64,000 nucleotides of DNA from NCBI GenBank assembly GCA_053919585.1, contig CM132794.1, one strand, 5' to 3'. Below the pieces are notes generated by a model. The model was not told the origin of the DNA. It was given only the letters and a program-made list of their open reading frames with translations, and did not search any database. Positions within the stretch are counted from its first letter, which is position 1; each line of letters begins with the position of its first letter. Below are positions 63,062 through 64,000 of the stretch, piece by piece. A program made the position numbers and the translations under genes. The stretch comes from Euprymna scolopes (taxonomy: Eukaryota).

Positions 63062-64000
63062 ATGATGGTAACCAGTTTCTGCTGGGAGTATTTAAATGTC
63101 AATCCCAAGAATAAGAATACAGCTTATTGCCAGTTTTGTCATTCTATTACATCAAAGGGTGGCAAATCAGTAAAAAAAAAAGTCACAATGATTAAAATAT
63201 TAAACCATCTTAGTAATGTTGATTCAAAAGAAGTAAAAGTTGCAGATAAAAAATAGAAATACAAGGAATATTCATGGAGAGCCATTCCAGGAACAAGTGG
63301 ATGCAATTATGAGCCTCCAGCGAAACACCAAACTACTATAGAATCAATATCGTCCAAAAAGAAAGCTTTTTTTTTTACATGGTAACCACCACTTATCAAG
63401 GCCCGGAAGCCACTCGGGGATAAGGGTTATTGCGTGTACAGTAACCAATGGGATAATATCGTAGTAATCGTTAGTAATGGAGATTTGATAAAGTGTCTTA
63501 CTTAAGGGGGCGGTTTATTAGGAATTTGTTTATCTTGGACTTGAAGACATCCAGGTTGTAGTCAGGTCAGATACAAGAAAACGGAAGAGAGTACCACAGG
63601 GGTGCACTTCTTAGAAAGAAGCTTTGTTCATGGAATCTACGTTTAGATTTAGGCACAGATAAAGAGTGGGGAAAATTATTGACAGTGGTTTCAGCTAGAC
63701 GGGTGTTTTTCATGAAAGATTGGAATACTAATAATCACAGATCACAAGAGATTTATTATCTGAGAAAAGAAATGAGTACTGTTGATATTCAACCATATTC
63801 TGTACCATCTGACATTGGATTTAATAGGCTTATTTCAAAACTTTGTTCAAATTATAGCATTCAATCAAAACAGTACTTCACTGCAAAATAATTTTCAATA
63901 TATTTACAAAAGTAAAACTAAAGTTAAACTGTCTCTTGCTGAAATAAGCAGCATTTTATAAACTACAGACAATTTGGACAGCTACAACAGATAATGTTCC
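63062..64000 (+). pseudogene. hAT transposase relic (BED zinc finger + following domain), interrupted by a LINE
   Basis: CWEYL..TAYCQFCHSITSKGG..ILNHL (BED finger), an in-frame stop, ..QTTIESISSKKK[insert]DWNTNNHRSQEI..EM..DIQPYSVPSDIGFNRLISKL..Y...SKQYF, and a TTD motif near 63962. Confidence 0.8.
63366..63713 (-). mobile_element. Third CR1/L2-group LINE 3' fragment with poly(A) tail and GAAAG target duplication
   Basis: Minus strand reads TRLAETTVNNFPHSLSVPKSKRRFHEQSFFLRSAPLWYSLP..DYNLDVFKSKINKFL. There is a T-run from ~63367, and GAAAG at 63361-63365 and 63714-63718. Confidence 0.8.

Larger units (their letters stand above)
62052..64000 (+). mobile_element. Decayed hAT (Ac-like) DNA transposon, left end and 5' part
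   Basis: Begins TAGGGATTTACCGAT with clustered CCGAT/ATCGG subterminal repeats (62060-62135), followed downstream by a BED-finger transposase relic. It runs off the window. Confidence 0.75.

Overview
AT-rich eukaryotic (probably invertebrate animal) repeat DNA with no intact host gene. Bases 1-~51130 are one head-to-tail satellite array of roughly 400 monomers in three length classes (~133, ~125 and ~119 bp). Most monomers carry a perfect TGACGTCA palindrome, and the array has nested higher-order structure (17-mer 2163 bp, 10-mer 1278 bp, ~10.5-12 kb blocks, 2765 bp). All ORFs in the array are repeat artefacts. From ~51130 to ~60540 lies a decayed ancestor of the same satellite with ~80-bp periodicity (A/B dimer of ~160 bp). 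The last array unit still carries a 27-bp segment whose loss created the modern monomer. The relic and the remaining flank are filled with transposon debris: a 5'-truncated Penelope-like element (GIY-YIG endonuclease) with a type I hammerhead ribozyme motif in its 3' region, a 122-bp-arm palindrome carrying a second hammerhead-like motif on both strands, three CR1/L2-group LINE 3' ends, MITEs, a minisatellite, (TA)n tracts, and a decayed hAT (BED-finger) transposon running off the window end. All coordinates and counts were read by eye, without alignment software.
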